Assembly: GCA_030264375.1 (NCBI GenBank)
Contig: JASCQW010000081.1
Location: 49,590,875 to 49,654,874, forward strand
DNA: 64,000 nucleotides
Reading direction: 5' to 3'
Source of the DNA: Carcharhinus longimanus
Lineage: Eukaryota
This document shows, piece after piece, positions 50,953 to 64,000 of the stretch (positions are counted from its first letter, which is position 1; each line of letters starts with the position of its first letter). A program made the position numbers and the translations under genes. The notes under the pieces were generated by a model that saw only the letters and a list, made by a program, of their open reading frames with translations, made no database searches and was not told where the DNA came from.

Positions 50953-53349
50953 TGATGTGTAGATGAAATTTTTTCGTGCCCATCAAAATTTTCACCAGTT
51001 AAACCACAAAGCTAATTGTCTATGACCTTAAGCTCTGTGCTATCACCAGATGGTGACACACAGTGTGGGATGAAGAAGTGATGGTCAAATGTGAGCCTTT
51101 TGCACTCCATATGAATATAGAATATAGTGTAATATTCACTTCATTAGAAATTTTACGTTGCAATATACTTCATTTAAATAATACCTACAGGCCCCAGTAA
51201 TTGTGATAAAGTAGTTTTTTTTTTTAAGTACTGCTACTATAATTCTTTTGTGGTCTTATTAATATTGGACTATGGACTATCTCAATGGGGGTTAAATATC
51301 ATTGCAGCTTCCTAGTTCTTTGTCCTACTGGCGCTGAGGATCTGTCATCAGAGGGCAACAATGGTAGTTTCTACAATTGAAAAGCAGCGAGAGAAGGCTG
51401 TAACTGGGAAGTTCAGACTGCATTGTAAGGGGATTGGATGAGTGGCATTGAGGTTCATCATGAGTTCGAAGGAAATGAAGGCTTGAACTGGGGGATGTAC
51501 TTGAAACAAGATGCTAAACACTGTGGGCTTGGAGTTAAAGATAACATGAAGCACTGGAACCTGGAGTTGAGGAAAGCACGATAACAGATTCTATAGTAGG
51601 GAGCAGAGGCCATGGGAAGTGGATTGATGAACAGCAGAGGAAATGGGAGAGCAGGACCAGGTAGCCATTTAACTTTATAAGGAGCGATGGAAACTGATAC
51701 ATCTGTTTTATGGCAAAATATTATTTTTTGGAAGATATTAATGGGCAATTATTGTGATTACATTAATTTAAAAATACATGATTGATATGATTATAAGTTT
51801 TGATTCATCATTTGTTAGAAGTGTAAAGCATGGCTGACTCTTGTTTCTGGAATTTGGTTCAAGGAGGAACAATGGCCCACATGGTCTGGGAGCATGGAGG
51901 TCTGAATGGGATCAAATGGCTTCCAGTTTAGGAACTAAGCAACTGAAATGACACTATTATTATATATTCTGGCACTGTGGTAGATACAAAACATTTAATA
52001 ATTTATCAAGTATATGAAGTTATTTTTCAGAGTAACAAAGATTAAAAAATGCATCACTTTAAATCAAAGTGAATGGGTGGAACTCCTGAAGAGTTCAGGA
52101 CATTTGGTCGGTGTGGCCAATAAGAGGCATCATGTTCACATCAGAAGGCACTGAGAGTGACCATCACAGAGCTGCCAACATTAGGAATGTTTAATGAGTA
52201 GAATATATTAGCCTGGAAATTACTATAAGCAATATTATCATACAGCACTTAATGTGCTCTTAACAAATTTCCTCTCACTATTTTACTGGCGGTGTTAACC
52301 TGTTTATTTTAAATGGGTTAATGTCTCCAATAAAGTAGTGGAACTTGGTACAAGTACATCAAATGTGGGTATGATAATGTCACTCACATTAATTTCCAGT
52401 CTATTATAATGAAGAGTCAGACCTATTGCATTACCCTTTTAAACATATCAAGGCTGAGTTTCTAAATGCGTCCTACAGATGGAAAGAATATGGGGAAATC
52501 ATGGATGTGTTCCCTAAGCTTTTCTATTTATGAATTTTAATGATTGCATGTTTGTGGAAAATGTGCCCATAATTTCCCAATATATAAACCGGGCAATCAA
52601 GGCCCCTCGTGAGGAATGTGCTTCTGGAATGTTGTTTCTATTTTAGAGTGAGCTTCACTGAAACAAGATGAATAAGACTTGCGAAGTATACAATCCTTCA
52701 TTTTATTCTAAAAGATGACACATTTTGATGTATGTTTTAAAGATAAACACATTTTCATATGTTTAAATATAATTGCAATCAAAGCTACTCCTAATGATTC
52801 TAAATGTTACTCTTAACATTCTTCCTATGTTGACAACTGCATAGGAAAATTGCAGACATTGAATAAGATGATTCATAATTTTCCATATTACTGGCAGTAT
52901 ATATTTGTCACACATTGCATTTGTTCACTTATATAATAACAATCCCTGGACTTCTAAGTATTTGATTTTAGGTGAAGCACTTTGGGTTGTTTCTAAGAGA
53001 TGTGACAATACAACAGAGAAATGCTGCAGGATCAGGTTAAAAAGTTAAGGGACACATAGAACTGGGCTTCCACCAATGGGTGAAAATATATGGGATCTGG
53101 AACTAGTTTTTTTCAATGGTGAACCTGAATAAATTTGTCCGCGAAAGAAAATATTTAAGAATTTTTTCTTCTCTGGCTCAGTATGTAAATTTGCTGTTAA
53201 GTGTGGAAATTAATTATTCAAAACAGGAAGTCCGCAGGTTCCATTACTGGTCTGTACTGCGTGAATTCATTCCAGCTCAGTAACAATACAGATATTGCTG
53301 AATTACAGAGGGAAACCATTAGTGAAAATATAATCCTAAACGCTAGCCA

Positions 53350-53545
53350 GGCTTCTGTTGGACAAGCATGTGTGAATGTTTCATAAAGTCAGAAATGGAT
53401 TTGCTGTGATTCCTCCCACGACAGAATAACCTGCTAATGTTCATATATGAAGAATGACCACTTGGACAAGGTAGAGAAGCCCCTGATCCTGGGTAGAATT
53501 GTACTCCAGCATAAGCCAATATCTTCAGAAGAGATGGAAAGGTTA
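53350..53545 (+). mobile_element. LF-SINE-like 3' half
   Basis: tgtgattcctcccacgacagaataacctgc..atgaagaatgaccacttggacaaggta..gtactccagca..cttcagaagaga follows the recalled LF-SINE 3' consensus. Confidence 0.65.
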
Positions 53546-54009
53546 AAAAATCTCAACCATAACTTCTAAATTGTCACGTTTAAAAATTCTTCCTCTGCAT
53601 AGTATGACAATGAGCATTTTATCCATGTTAAACTACACAAGCTAATTTAGATAATGATGATAATAATAATAATCTTAGCCTAACTTTGCAGCTTGTGTTT
53701 GAAGAATTCAACATCAGCAGCACCTCCATGAGTTGACATTGCCATTCCCAAGGTTGCATGAAATTACTTTTTAATTGCAGGTTATAATGGACCATTTTTC
53801 CCCGCAGTTGTAATTTATTGACTTTTATCTGGAGTTTAAGATAATGTAGCTGGTGACCTGAAGAGAATATGCAGATCAACACGGACAGAGATTATTTTAT
53901 ACCCTTTGTTTTTTTTCCATCAATTTTCACCCACCTCTTGTGATGCCACTAACACAGATTTTCCCTTTTACTTCCTAGGTGCCAATCCTGGCCTCTGTGG
54001 AATAAAGAA

Positions 54010-54500
54010 ACCCAGAAACTAGAAGTAGGAATAGGCCATTCGGTTGTTCAAGCATGCTCCACCATTCATTTTTATCAAGACTGATCATCAAATTCAATAC
54101 CCTGATGCCCCTTACCCCCATACCTCCTGATCCCTTTAGCTCCAAGAACTATATCGAATGCCTTCTTGAAATCGGACAACGTTTTGGCCTCATCAACTTT
54201 CTGTGGTAGTGAATTCTGCACATTCACCACCCTCTGGGTGAAAGAAATTTTCCTCAGCTCTGTTTTAAAATGTTTACCCCTTATCCTCAAACTTTGACCC
54301 CTATTTCTGGACTCCCCCATCACTCGGAACATTCCTTCTGAATCTACCCTGTCTAACCTGTTAGAATATTACAACTTTCTATGAGATACCATCTCACTCT
54401 GCTAAACTCCAGTGGATATGTTGTAACTGACTTAATCTCTCCTCCTATGGCAGACCTGTCATCCCAGGAATCAGCCTTTGCTGTACTCCCTCTATAGCAA
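54010..54500 (-). mobile_element. CR1 LINE 3' part
   Basis: Minus-strand MFRVMGESRNRGQSLRIRGKHFKTELRKISFTQRVVN..LPQK. Confidence 0.9.
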
Positions 54501-54644
54501 GAAAATAAACTCGGGAGAATCCATCAGATTTTTCTTCCATTGACTGTATTAGTAGACTATTTGACTTGTGGACAACAGCAGGGCAGTGTATCAAAGCCAA
54601 GCTGGATCTTATCTTCATTTACCCTCCAAACATAAGAGGCACAA

Positions 54645-54872
54645 TGGCAAAATACTCCAAATGCTGGAAATCTGAAATAACAACTGAAAGTGCTAGAAAT
54701 ACTCAATATATGTTGGTGGCATCTGTGGAGTGAGAATTAGAGTTACTGCACTGAGTCAAGTATAACTCCTCATCAGAACTAGAATTGTTCTGAAGATGAT
54801 TCATACTCACCTCACAACATTTAACTCTGCTTCTCTCAACATAGATGCTTTTTTTTAGCACTTCTTATTTTT
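54645..54872. mobile_element. palindromic Penelope-type terminal repeat element
   Basis: gctggaaatctgaaat..gcatctgtggagtgagaattagagtta mirrored by taactctgcttctctcaacatagatgct around a central tcagaac..gttctga; related half copies at about 23520, 30820 and 62035. Confidence 0.65.
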
Positions 54873-57774
54873 AATCCATAAAAGTTTCCTTGCCTTGTGT
54901 CAGGTACAGTGTCCCAGCTGAAAGCAACCAGCTCAGGAATAGAATCTGGGACTCTCTTGGTTTGTTTAGTTTTGTTATCCTCTGGACGGCATAACTAAAT
55001 CATGGGTGAAACCCTCATTAATATATTTGGAAATAATTTGGGTATAAAATTTAGGCTTCATCAGCACTACAAATGTAATATAGTGCAATAGTAATTACAT
55101 TTATTCTATAGTTTTTAATGTTGACAGATGAAACCCACCCACCTCCCCTGCACCCCATACATCCACTCCCCACTCCCCACCCCCAACCCTCCATTGCCTT
55201 TTTCACTCAGAATGACCTTTGCAGAAAAAGTCATGTGTGTGGATGTTAAGGACAACATGATGTTAAACTATACAACAGTCTCATGATTGAATCATTGGAA
55301 ATTCATTAAGGGGGCTGTGTGTCCAATACCTGTAGGACTGTACCCTAGACTAAGTAAGGTTCCACAAAAAGGGCTTGGAGAAAATTGGTGCAGAGATAAA
55401 GAAATTCCATTGTATTTTCTTCACTGTTTGTGAATCCAATAAAGGTCATTTATTGAATAATTAAGAACAGCAGAGCAATTATTTTCTAGTCACTGAACAG
55501 TACGCACTTTCATTTATTCCCTTTAGTCAGACCAGTTGGTTTGTGCTGTTTGCTTTTACAATGAAGATCAATTAGCTTTTCCATCATCCATGATACTATT
55601 TATTTCAGACATGATCTGAATAATTTCAAGTAAATCAATTACTGTGGATTTGTTGGCAATGATTTCTGTAAGTTCAACAGGCCTAGTTCCACTGTGATCA
55701 TACAATCCACCTGGAGACATAATCTCATCTAATCCAAGACCTGGTCTATGAGTATGAGGGTCAAGAGACACTTATTCATTCCATTTTCTTGACTTTGCTC
55801 TTTCAAATGTCGCAACCGCTGTTGGAATAGTTCCATAGCATTCTGGAAGCATCCACAAATTTATCCAAATAGTCATTCTTTCACTCTTTACATTTCAGCT
55901 TGAAGAGTGGCTATGGGCAGGTTATTCTACTTTTGGAGGAGAGCAGAATGGATAGGGGAGGGTGGGAGATATTGCAATTACAAACAGACTGACCCTGTTC
56001 TCATCCAGTGTCTACATTGGCATATTTTCCAACTGCAGTCATGCAATCATAGAAACCTACAGCACAGCAGACCATTCAATCTCCCTTGCTCGCACTGGCT
56101 GTTTGAAAGATCAGTGCATAGCTTCATAACCCCTCTTTTTGTGCATAACCTGGTGAGTTCCTCATTCTCATACAACACAATATTAAAATTGTTACTTACC
56201 TGACAAAAGTCATGAGCAGCCTCTCTGAAACAGAGCCCCCACCCACCCAGCCCCATCTTATTCCAGGCTCATTGCTGCCAGAGAATACAGTTCTGATGAG
56301 TTCCAGTGGCTGTGTTGGGCAAAATAAAAAGTGCATAGTCTCTTGCCAGACAATATAAAATGGACCAACTTCATCTACTATGCATTTATTCTTGACTTAT
56401 CTTTTGAAGAAGGAGCATTCTCTCTTAACCTCCTTTGGTTGGAAGTTTGGAAGACAAAGATTAATGTTTTTGGTTGTTACATAGAATATGGAGCCCGAAT
56501 TCACTGACACAAATAACTGTCCGCTCACCAACATTTTGGTTTTGTTACAGTAGTTTCACAATAGGGAGTGGCTCAAAGATACTTTTTCTGTCCACCCCAG
56601 TGGATTTGTGGAAAAATATGCCATCTATTTTGACAGTTGTGACAATGACCAAGCTGTGTTCCTGAAGGGCAAGAGAAATATCTGTCAACCAGGATTTCCA
56701 CTCATGTATTTGGCAAAAATAATACCCCAGTTGAATAGTGAAGCATTTACTTTATGGTGGCTGGACAATATATTCACATTTCAACATTTATCTTTCAGGC
56801 TCAATAAATAATGTATGACCACTGTTCTAAGGTACTGCAGAGCTACAGATACTCATGGAGCTGTACCCTATAGAACAGGGAAGAAAGCAGCTGGAGAAAT
56901 AATTCCATAACGAGATACTATTCCTATGTGAAGGTCTGTAGAGTTGCAGTTTTGGAGATTGGAACAGGTCTGTGTGAAAATTTCAAGCTTCAAACACTCT
57001 TCTTGAATTTTAACTTTCCTTCAGCAGTTGCCAAGTTGATGAAAAGGAATTTCAACTGTGCATAAAAAGAGTCTTGTTTTTACTCAATAAAATGCCTTTT
57101 GATACAGACTAGCCTGTGTTAGCTAACAATGGAAGTTCTTGGCATGTTACAAAAATAGCAACTATATAATAAACATGATGTGCTAACCAAAAACTAGTGA
57201 TATTACTTTTAATAAAAATAAAATAAAACATCTGATTTTACTAGGCCTGTACAGCAAGATATGCTGCAGAATTTCTTCATTCCTATTTGCTCTCTATAAT
57301 ATCTTCACTTTAACTTGCAGCTAAAGACTGCACTTATGATGGAGAACCCTTATATCTATCCACTTAAAATGACATTGTTTCTTCCTCCTTATCTGTATTA
57401 ATTCCTTTAGCCTCCCACCCCATTGCCCGGCTACATAGCAGTTCTTCAATATCTGAAAACATAAAGCCACTGGGGGATGTTGAGGTGAGGGAAGGGAGGA
57501 AAGGAAAAGTTGCATGATTACACCGGTAATGAATTGTAAATCAAAATAGTTTGTGGGATGGGGTGAGGGAAGTGGGATTTTAGAAGGTGCGTATTAGGTA
57601 GGAATGTACTGACAGCCCTGATGGTTTAGCCATTGGCCATGGATTCAGAGACTGCCAATCCAGTGCTGGCCAGCAATATCTGTTCCGTGGGTCAAGAACA
57701 TGCAGCCACACCAGTAACCCGCTCCTCCACCCTAAATAGAATATTGTATCTAGTTTTTGTCATCACACTTTAAA

Positions 57775-59108
57775 AAAGACAGCGTGCCTTAATGACTATC
57801 GCCTGGTTGCTCTAACGTCGATCATTATGAAGTACTTCAAAAGGCTAATCATGACACAAATCAATGCCAGCCTCCCAGATGCCTGAGTTCACTACAATTC
57901 ACCTACTGCCGCAACAGTCTACAGCAGATGCCATCTCACTGGCCCTGCAGGTAAAGGGAACACTTAGATAACAAAGACACCAGTGTCAGACTCCTATTTA
58001 TTGACTACAGCTCAGCCTTCAACAACATTATTCCCGTGAAACTCATCTCCAAATTCTGTGGTTTGGGTCTCGGCTCCTTCATCTGCGACTGGATCCTGAA
58101 CTTCCTAACTCACAGACTGCAATCAGTAAGGACAGGCAACAACACCTCCTCCAAGATCAACCTCAACACCAGTTCCCTGCAAGGCTGTGTCCTCTGCCCC
58201 TTACTATACTCCTTATACACCAAGACTGTGTGGCCAAATTCACCTCCAACTTGGATTTTCAAGCTTGCTGATGACACCACCGTAGTGGGTCGGATCTAAA
58301 ACAATGACGAGACAGAACATAGGAAAGAGAATCTGCAGAACTGGTGGAATAACAAATATCTCTCTCTCAATGTCAACAAAAAGGAGATAGTCATCAACTT
58401 CAGGAAGTGTAGTGAAGGAGATGTCCCTGTTTATATCAATGGAGATGAAGTAGAAATGGTCGAGACCTTCATGTTTTTAGGTGTCCAGATCACCAACAAC
58501 CTGTCCTGGTCACTCTATGCTGACATGTTAGTTAAGAAAGCCCCACCAATGACTCTACTTTCTCAGGAGACTAAGGAAATTTATCATGTTCGCTACGAAT
58601 CTCATCAACTTTTACTGATGCAACATAGAAAGCATTCCTTCTGGTTATATCACAGGTTGGTATGGCTCCTGCTCTGCTCAAGATCACAAAAAACGACAAA
58701 AAAACGTGATTGAAGCCCATTCCATCACTCAAGCCATCTCCAACCCATTGACACGGTCTACAATTCCTGCTACCTTGGAAGGGCAGCCAGCATAATTAAG
58801 GACCCCCAAACAGCCCGGATATACTTTCTCCCACCTTTTTCCGTCAGGAAAAAAATGCTAAAGTCTAAAGAAACTTACCAACCCACTCAAGAACAGCTTC
58901 CTCCCTTCTGCCATCAGACTTTTGAATGGACCTACCTCACATTAAGTTGATTTTTCTCTACATCCTAACTATGACTGTAACACTACATTTTGCACTCTCA
59001 CCTTTCCTTCTCTATGAATGATATGCTTTGTCTATATGGTGCACAAGAAGCAATCACACTTTCTCTGTATACTAATACATGTGATAATAATAAATCAAAT
59101 CAAATCAA
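57775..59108 (+). mobile_element. Rex1/Babar-clade LINE, 5'-truncated and decayed
   Basis: [75 protein letters not shown]; (aaatc)n tail. Confidence 0.88.
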
Positions 59109-59424
59109 GAAAATCCTTAGGATGTGCAAAGGCAATTTATCTGAATAGTTCCAAAGATGGGCGGCAGGGAAAGGATGGTTTAGAGGGTTAAGTTGGAAAG
59201 GCTGTGTTTATTCTTCTTGATGCAAAGGCAACTGAGGGGAGTTTTGATAGAGGTATACAAAATATTGATAGGCTGAGGTGAGGTACACAAGGACAAGCTC
59301 ATCCCCTTAGTTGATAGTACAAGGATTAGGGGGACCCAGATTGAGGATTTTGGGCAAGAGGTACAGTGGAAACTTGAGGAAGAGCATTTTATGTAGCAAG
59401 TGTTAAAGGCTGGATCTCTCTGCA

Positions 59425-60315
59425 AATCTCTGGCTGGAGGATTTCCGGTGCCCTCAGTCCTGTGCCACAAATAGGTGCAGAGCAGTATAATTCATTCTAA
59501 CACTGATTTAAATTTAATAAGTGGGCCTGGGACTGAAATCTCTTGGCTCGCTGGATTCTCTCCCCTCTCCTCCCCGTCTCACCACCCCCAATCCACGCCC
59601 CCTCCCAAGAGTGTTCCACTCCAGCAGGGTTTACAACAGCTCTCCACAATTCGATCCCACTGAAGTGCAGGGAGATCAGGAAAAGGGTGTTGCCCCCTGA
59701 GCATTACCAGCTTGGACCCCTTAGCANNNNNNNNNNNNNNNNNNNNNNNNNNNNNNNNNNNNNNNNNNNNNNNNNNNNNNNNNNNNNNNNNNNNNNNNNN
59801 NNNNNNNNNNNNNNNNNNNNNNNNNNNNNNNNNNNNNNNNNNNNNNNNNNNNNNNNNNNNNNNNNNNNNNNNNNNNNNNNNNNNNNNNNNNNNNNNNNNN
59901 NNNNNNNNNNNNNNNNNNNNNNNNNNNNNNNNNNNNNNNNNNNNNNNNNNNNNNNNNNNNNNNNNNNNNNNNNNNNNNNNNNNNNNNNNNNNNNNNNNNN
60001 NNNNNNNNNNNNNNNNNNNNNNNNNNNNNNNNNNNNNNNNNNNNNNNNNNNNNNNNNNNNNNNNNNNNNNNNNNNNNNNNNNNNNNNNNNNNNNNNNNNN
60101 NNNNNNNNNNGGGGTCACATGGCCAGCATTGCAGGGTTGTGGAGTTGGTCAGTGATCGAGCTATAATGCAGAGCGACTGTGCATGCGCCAATCTCAGCGC
60201 TGACAGATTGGCAGATGCACAGTGACCCGCTCAATGCTATGCTGCTGGCCTCTCCAGTGGGAATAGGCATGATTTTTCATGACATTCACGCTCGTGCACT
60301 CTGCTGGAAAAATCA
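59425..60315. mobile_element. probable non-autonomous DNA transposon (PIF/Harbinger-like), partly N
   Basis: GC-rich repeat-like block with ggaggatttccgg..ggaaaaatc ends; family assignment from resemblance only. Confidence 0.4.
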
Positions 60316-60689
60316 ACGGGATTTACTCCAGTTTTTATGCTTCAACAGTCATAATTATTTTGGGAGAATCCCACCCAAGATCTTTCATCAGAACTGGGAA
60401 AAGGTTAGAAATGCAATAGGTTTTAAGTAAGTGAAAGGCAGGCAGGGTGTGGAAAGAACAAAATGGATCTGTGATAGGATGGAGAATGAAGGAAATTAAA
60501 TAACTGATGAATTCGTAGTACAAGGCCAAAGTGGGTGGTAATGGGGAAAGTGAAAAAAAACGGATTTTGCTAAAGGAGGAGCGAATGGCAAAATAATGAA
60601 CAGCGACAGCAGGAAGTGAAAAGAATTGAAGAACAGACTAAAATCAAAATATACAAAGAAAAAGCAAACAAAGAGACAGCAGGAGTTAA

Positions 60690-60812
60690 AACATGAAATA
60701 ATTGAACTCAATGTTGAGCCTGGAATGCTGTAAAGTAGCTAATTATATGAAGAGATGCTGTTCCTAGAGTTTCTGTTGATTTTCACTAGGCTACTGCAGG
60801 AAGTCAAGGAAC
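60690..60812 (-). mobile_element. Penelope-like element, decayed GIY-YIG C-terminal region
   Basis: Minus strand resembles the LQC..QxKLEEQHLxF..LQPxGLN end of Penelope ORFs. Confidence 0.6.
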
Positions 60813-61021
60813 TCTCTCTCCACTTGCATTGTCAGTACCCGTAAAGACTAATTACCTGTTAAGATTTGCATTCCAACCATTATCTTGCAATTGAATTTGT
60901 ATCTATATATGCCCTGTTTGTGAACCCAACTCTCCACTCACCTGATATAGGAGCAGCGCTCCGAAAGCTCATGCTACCAAATAAACCTGTTGGACTTTAA
61001 CCTGGTGTTGTGAGACTTCTT
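60813..61021 (+). mobile_element. Penelope-like 3' terminal repeat with decayed hammerhead motif
   Basis: cacctgatataggagcagcgctccgaaagctc..aataaacctgttggactttaacctggtgttgtgagacttct. Confidence 0.7.
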
Positions 61022-62169
61022 ATGGAAGCCAAGGATAGAGAGATCAGCATGAGAGCAAGGTGGAGAATTATAATGACAGGGTACCAGAAGCTTGGGGCCA
61101 CATTTGTGGACCGAACTGAGTTGAATCCAGTATTTGAAGTATTTTACTTTTATAATAACTGGGTATGATCTCATTTTATTGTGTCTGACTTTTTGCCCAA
61201 ATTTATCAAATATGTTTACCTCTCTTTGTGTTTCGTCTTCCATTTCTACCAATAGTGCAATGAAGTCAAGTGTTCTCTGTCTTTCCCATCTGAGCCCATT
61301 ATTTTCCTGCCTTGTGTGTATTCTGATGGACTGGTATTGCCAATAACAAGGGCAGCATGAACATCCTTGACATACATTGTTTTTTATTTTGAACCATTCC
61401 ATGGTTCCATGCTCCACTTTAGCACAATATTCCATCCCATCACAGAATTCCTTATTGATGCTTGCGTACTTGTGAAAAATCTCTAACATTATAAAATCCA
61501 TCAGTGTAACTCTTTCTTGGCTATCAAAGGCCAATTCAAAATCATTGAACTTAATTACGAAACTGTCATCTTGTTTATTCATAACTTTCTGAATGATATT
61601 ATGCAGTACAAATGACCTATTGTTGCATTATCTTCCGTTTTAAAATCCTGCCGGTTCTTCAGACATTCCCTTGTCTCTGGATTTACTAACCCTATTCATG
61701 CGAGAGATGTTTCCTGGGATTGGCAGCAACTATTTTGTCAATTTCCAGGGCCGTTTCAGTCTAACTTATGTATAGTTTCCTGGTCTTCTTGGAAGTCAAA
61801 TGACTCTGGGTTCAAAATGTAATAAGGCCCATTTGTGGGCAATGGGAATTGTAATGTAAGGTTACCTGCACTTGATTAGTTGATGCAGGCAGCAAACAAA
61901 CACATTTCTAAAAGGGGAGATCTGTACAGGCTGCAGCAGCTGGTGGAACTGCCTCCAAAAGTTTTTCAGAGAAAGAATGAGACTACCAATGGAGCATCTG
62001 GCAGGAGGGAGCACTCTCAGATCATCTGATATGACAAACGCAAAATATTGCAGAAGCTGGAATCTGAAACAAAAACAAAAAAGTGCTGGAAAATCTCAGC
62101 AGGTCTGACAGCATCTGTGGAGAGAGAATAGAGCCAATGTTTCAAGTCTGGATGACCCTTTGTAAAACC

Positions 62170-63810
62170 GATATGACCATTACTCCAGGAGGTGGAAGAT
62201 CAGAGAAATTGCTCAATTCTCCCATTTTGAGATTGTGCGCCCACCAGTGAGAAAGTGAGAGCGAATCACATTTCCGCTGGCAGAAGTCATCCTGCTTATT
62301 CAAATAGGCTATTCCAGCCTCCATGTGAAACATGTGGATTCTCCGACTCCAGCCGTGGCTGATTCGCTGGAATCAGGAATCACCTGAATGAGCAACAAAT
62401 GGGAGCAACTTAAAAGTGACACCCCACACTCACATCACCAGGGAAGATGGTCAGAAGGAGTCCAGCCCCATACAGTCTTAGTGCAGATATTGAGTGGGTG
62501 TAGGATGCCATTGAGGAACAGGTCACCCTGTTCCCCAGAGTAGTCAGGAGACTACCAGGTAGTTGCAGCACAAGCCTGGAAGATGGAGGCTGAAGCTGTC
62601 ACTGGCAACACTCTGACCCAGCTGTTCAGTGCAGAAAGAGAAAATTAACAACCTCTTTTGAGATGCAAGACTGAGCACCAATTTGTCCTCCTCTGGCATC
62701 ATTCCTGGTCCTAACCATAGGTATGTTACAATAAGCACTTCCAGCCTTCACCCAGGCAGGCCACCAACATTTCCCTCAGAACCTCCTCATTCCACGTCCC
62801 CAAACAATCCCATCAGTTTCAACTCTTCCCCCGACACTCATCAAGATCCCTCACAGGCTTGCCCAGGATCCCTCATATGGCACTGATGTTAAGCCCCCAA
62901 ACCCACCTGATCCTCCTCACAAAACCTCTTTTTTCTGCCCCCAAAGAATAAGATCACACTTTACAGGAGGGAGAGAGGGAGCACAGGCAGGAGCATACCT
63001 GCACTGAGGGATATTAGCTTTTTGTGAATTATGCATCTTCTCAAATCCCACTTCATTCACATCTTCTTATCCAGCATGGAGTTCAAGCTGCAGGTGGCAT
63101 AACAACGAACCTCTTGCTTTCTGCCAATCTCCTTCCCTCTGCCCAACTCCCTTCTTCATTTTTGCTTTTGGATACCCAAGAATTGCTGCCTGGCCAGGCA
63201 GTGCAACTTGACAATGAACGGCATAAGTAAGTGTGGATGTCTGATGAAGAAGCACCGTCATTTGATTTTATCCAAATCAGATACCGGCCCTGTGAAGTTA
63301 CTTAGAGGATAAAGGATATACTTGCACTGAGTCACAGGGCATGATTTAGTTATGGCCAGAGCAGACGGAAAGGATAACACACGTGCCAGCACACCAGAGG
63401 ATGAGGTTGCAGACTTTGATGGAGTGTCATGCATGATGGTACAAGTGGATATGCACGCTGAAATATTTTACGTATTGGCAGACTTAGCTCAAAGATTGTT
63501 ATTGCTCTTCAGGACTGTGAAAGAGTCTAGCAGCAAGTTGGAACAGAGCTTTATGCAGAGTTCAGAATTACAAACAATCCAACTATTCTAATCCCATTAA
63601 ATCCTTTCCGCATGGAAATGGTGGCCAATTCCATGAAAACACTTTGGACCTAAGCCACGATGCAATGCTAATGTCTCAGCTTCCATTGGAGCACAGAAAG
63701 AGGCCACCCAGTGTCTGGGTGCTGCAGTGCAAGTGCAGAATTATGGAGATGAGATCCACTGTTTATTGCCATGTAAGCCAGCTTGGTGCCATGCAGGCTC
63801 AGATTGCTTC
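62170..63810 (+). mobile_element. decayed PIF/Harbinger-type element with Myb/SANT-like ORF relic
   Basis: 62480-62675 reads like DAIEEQVTLFP..QAW..AEAV..QCRKxxNNL..AR with frameshifts, and a later RRERGSTG segment. Confidence 0.55.
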
Positions 63811-63811
63811 T

Positions 63812-64000
63812 GATTTCATTTCATTTGATTTATCATTGTCACGTGTTAACATAGAGTGAAAAGTATTGTTTCTTGTGTGCTATACAGACAAAGCATACCC
63901 TTCATAGACAAGGAAAGGAGAGAGTGCAGAATATAGTGTTACAACCATAGCTAGGATGTAAAAGAGTTAGATTAGAGTGTTAAAAGCACAGAATGGGATT
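63812..64000 (-). mobile_element. Rex1/Babar LINE 3' end
   Basis: Reverse complement of the 3' UTR at about 58950-59108. Confidence 0.85.

Noticed and set aside
56290-56330. CTGATGAG as another hammerhead or C/D snoRNA box
   Set aside because: No stem II/GAAA partner or terminal stem visible.
59543-60191. Long ORFs spanning N runs
   Set aside because: Artefacts of translating Ns; the same applies near 7800, 13000, 21000 and 42900.
60974-61582. 202-aa minus-strand ORF
   Set aside because: No recognisable domain, ends inside a Penelope repeat, no exon context; probably chance, though a BLAST search would settle it.
1-64000. CRISPR arrays, operons or prokaryote-type defence systems
   Set aside because: The sequence is spliced vertebrate DNA; no regularly spaced repeat-spacer array or gene-dense cluster was seen.

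Overview
This is vertebrate genomic DNA, almost certainly from a cartilaginous fish (shark-type V-SINE/HE1, CR1, Penelope and DeuSINE repeats). It covers the FOXD3-ALG6 locus, with both genes on the minus strand. FOXD3 is a complete single-exon CDS (37428-38561, 377 aa). ALG6 contributes its first ten coding exons (31609 down to 3757), and its 3' end lies beyond the window start. One ALG6 intron is a clear U12-type AT-AC minor intron. A CpG-retaining, nearly transposon-free domain (about 31.4-47.3 kb) surrounds FOXD3. It is interrupted only by a ~1 kb foreign-looking segment carrying a single CDH16-like cadherin exon, which is bracketed by a duplicated 68-71 bp sequence and a 100-N gap and is therefore probably a misassembly. 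Other notable items are palindromic Penelope-type repeats carrying minimal hammerhead-ribozyme motifs, a decayed internally duplicated ORF of possible retroviral origin at 1-1150, many LF-SINE-like relics, and several candidate conserved enhancers. I found no convincing new multi-gene system. Repeat boundaries are approximate, and family names come from recalled consensus motifs, not from searches.
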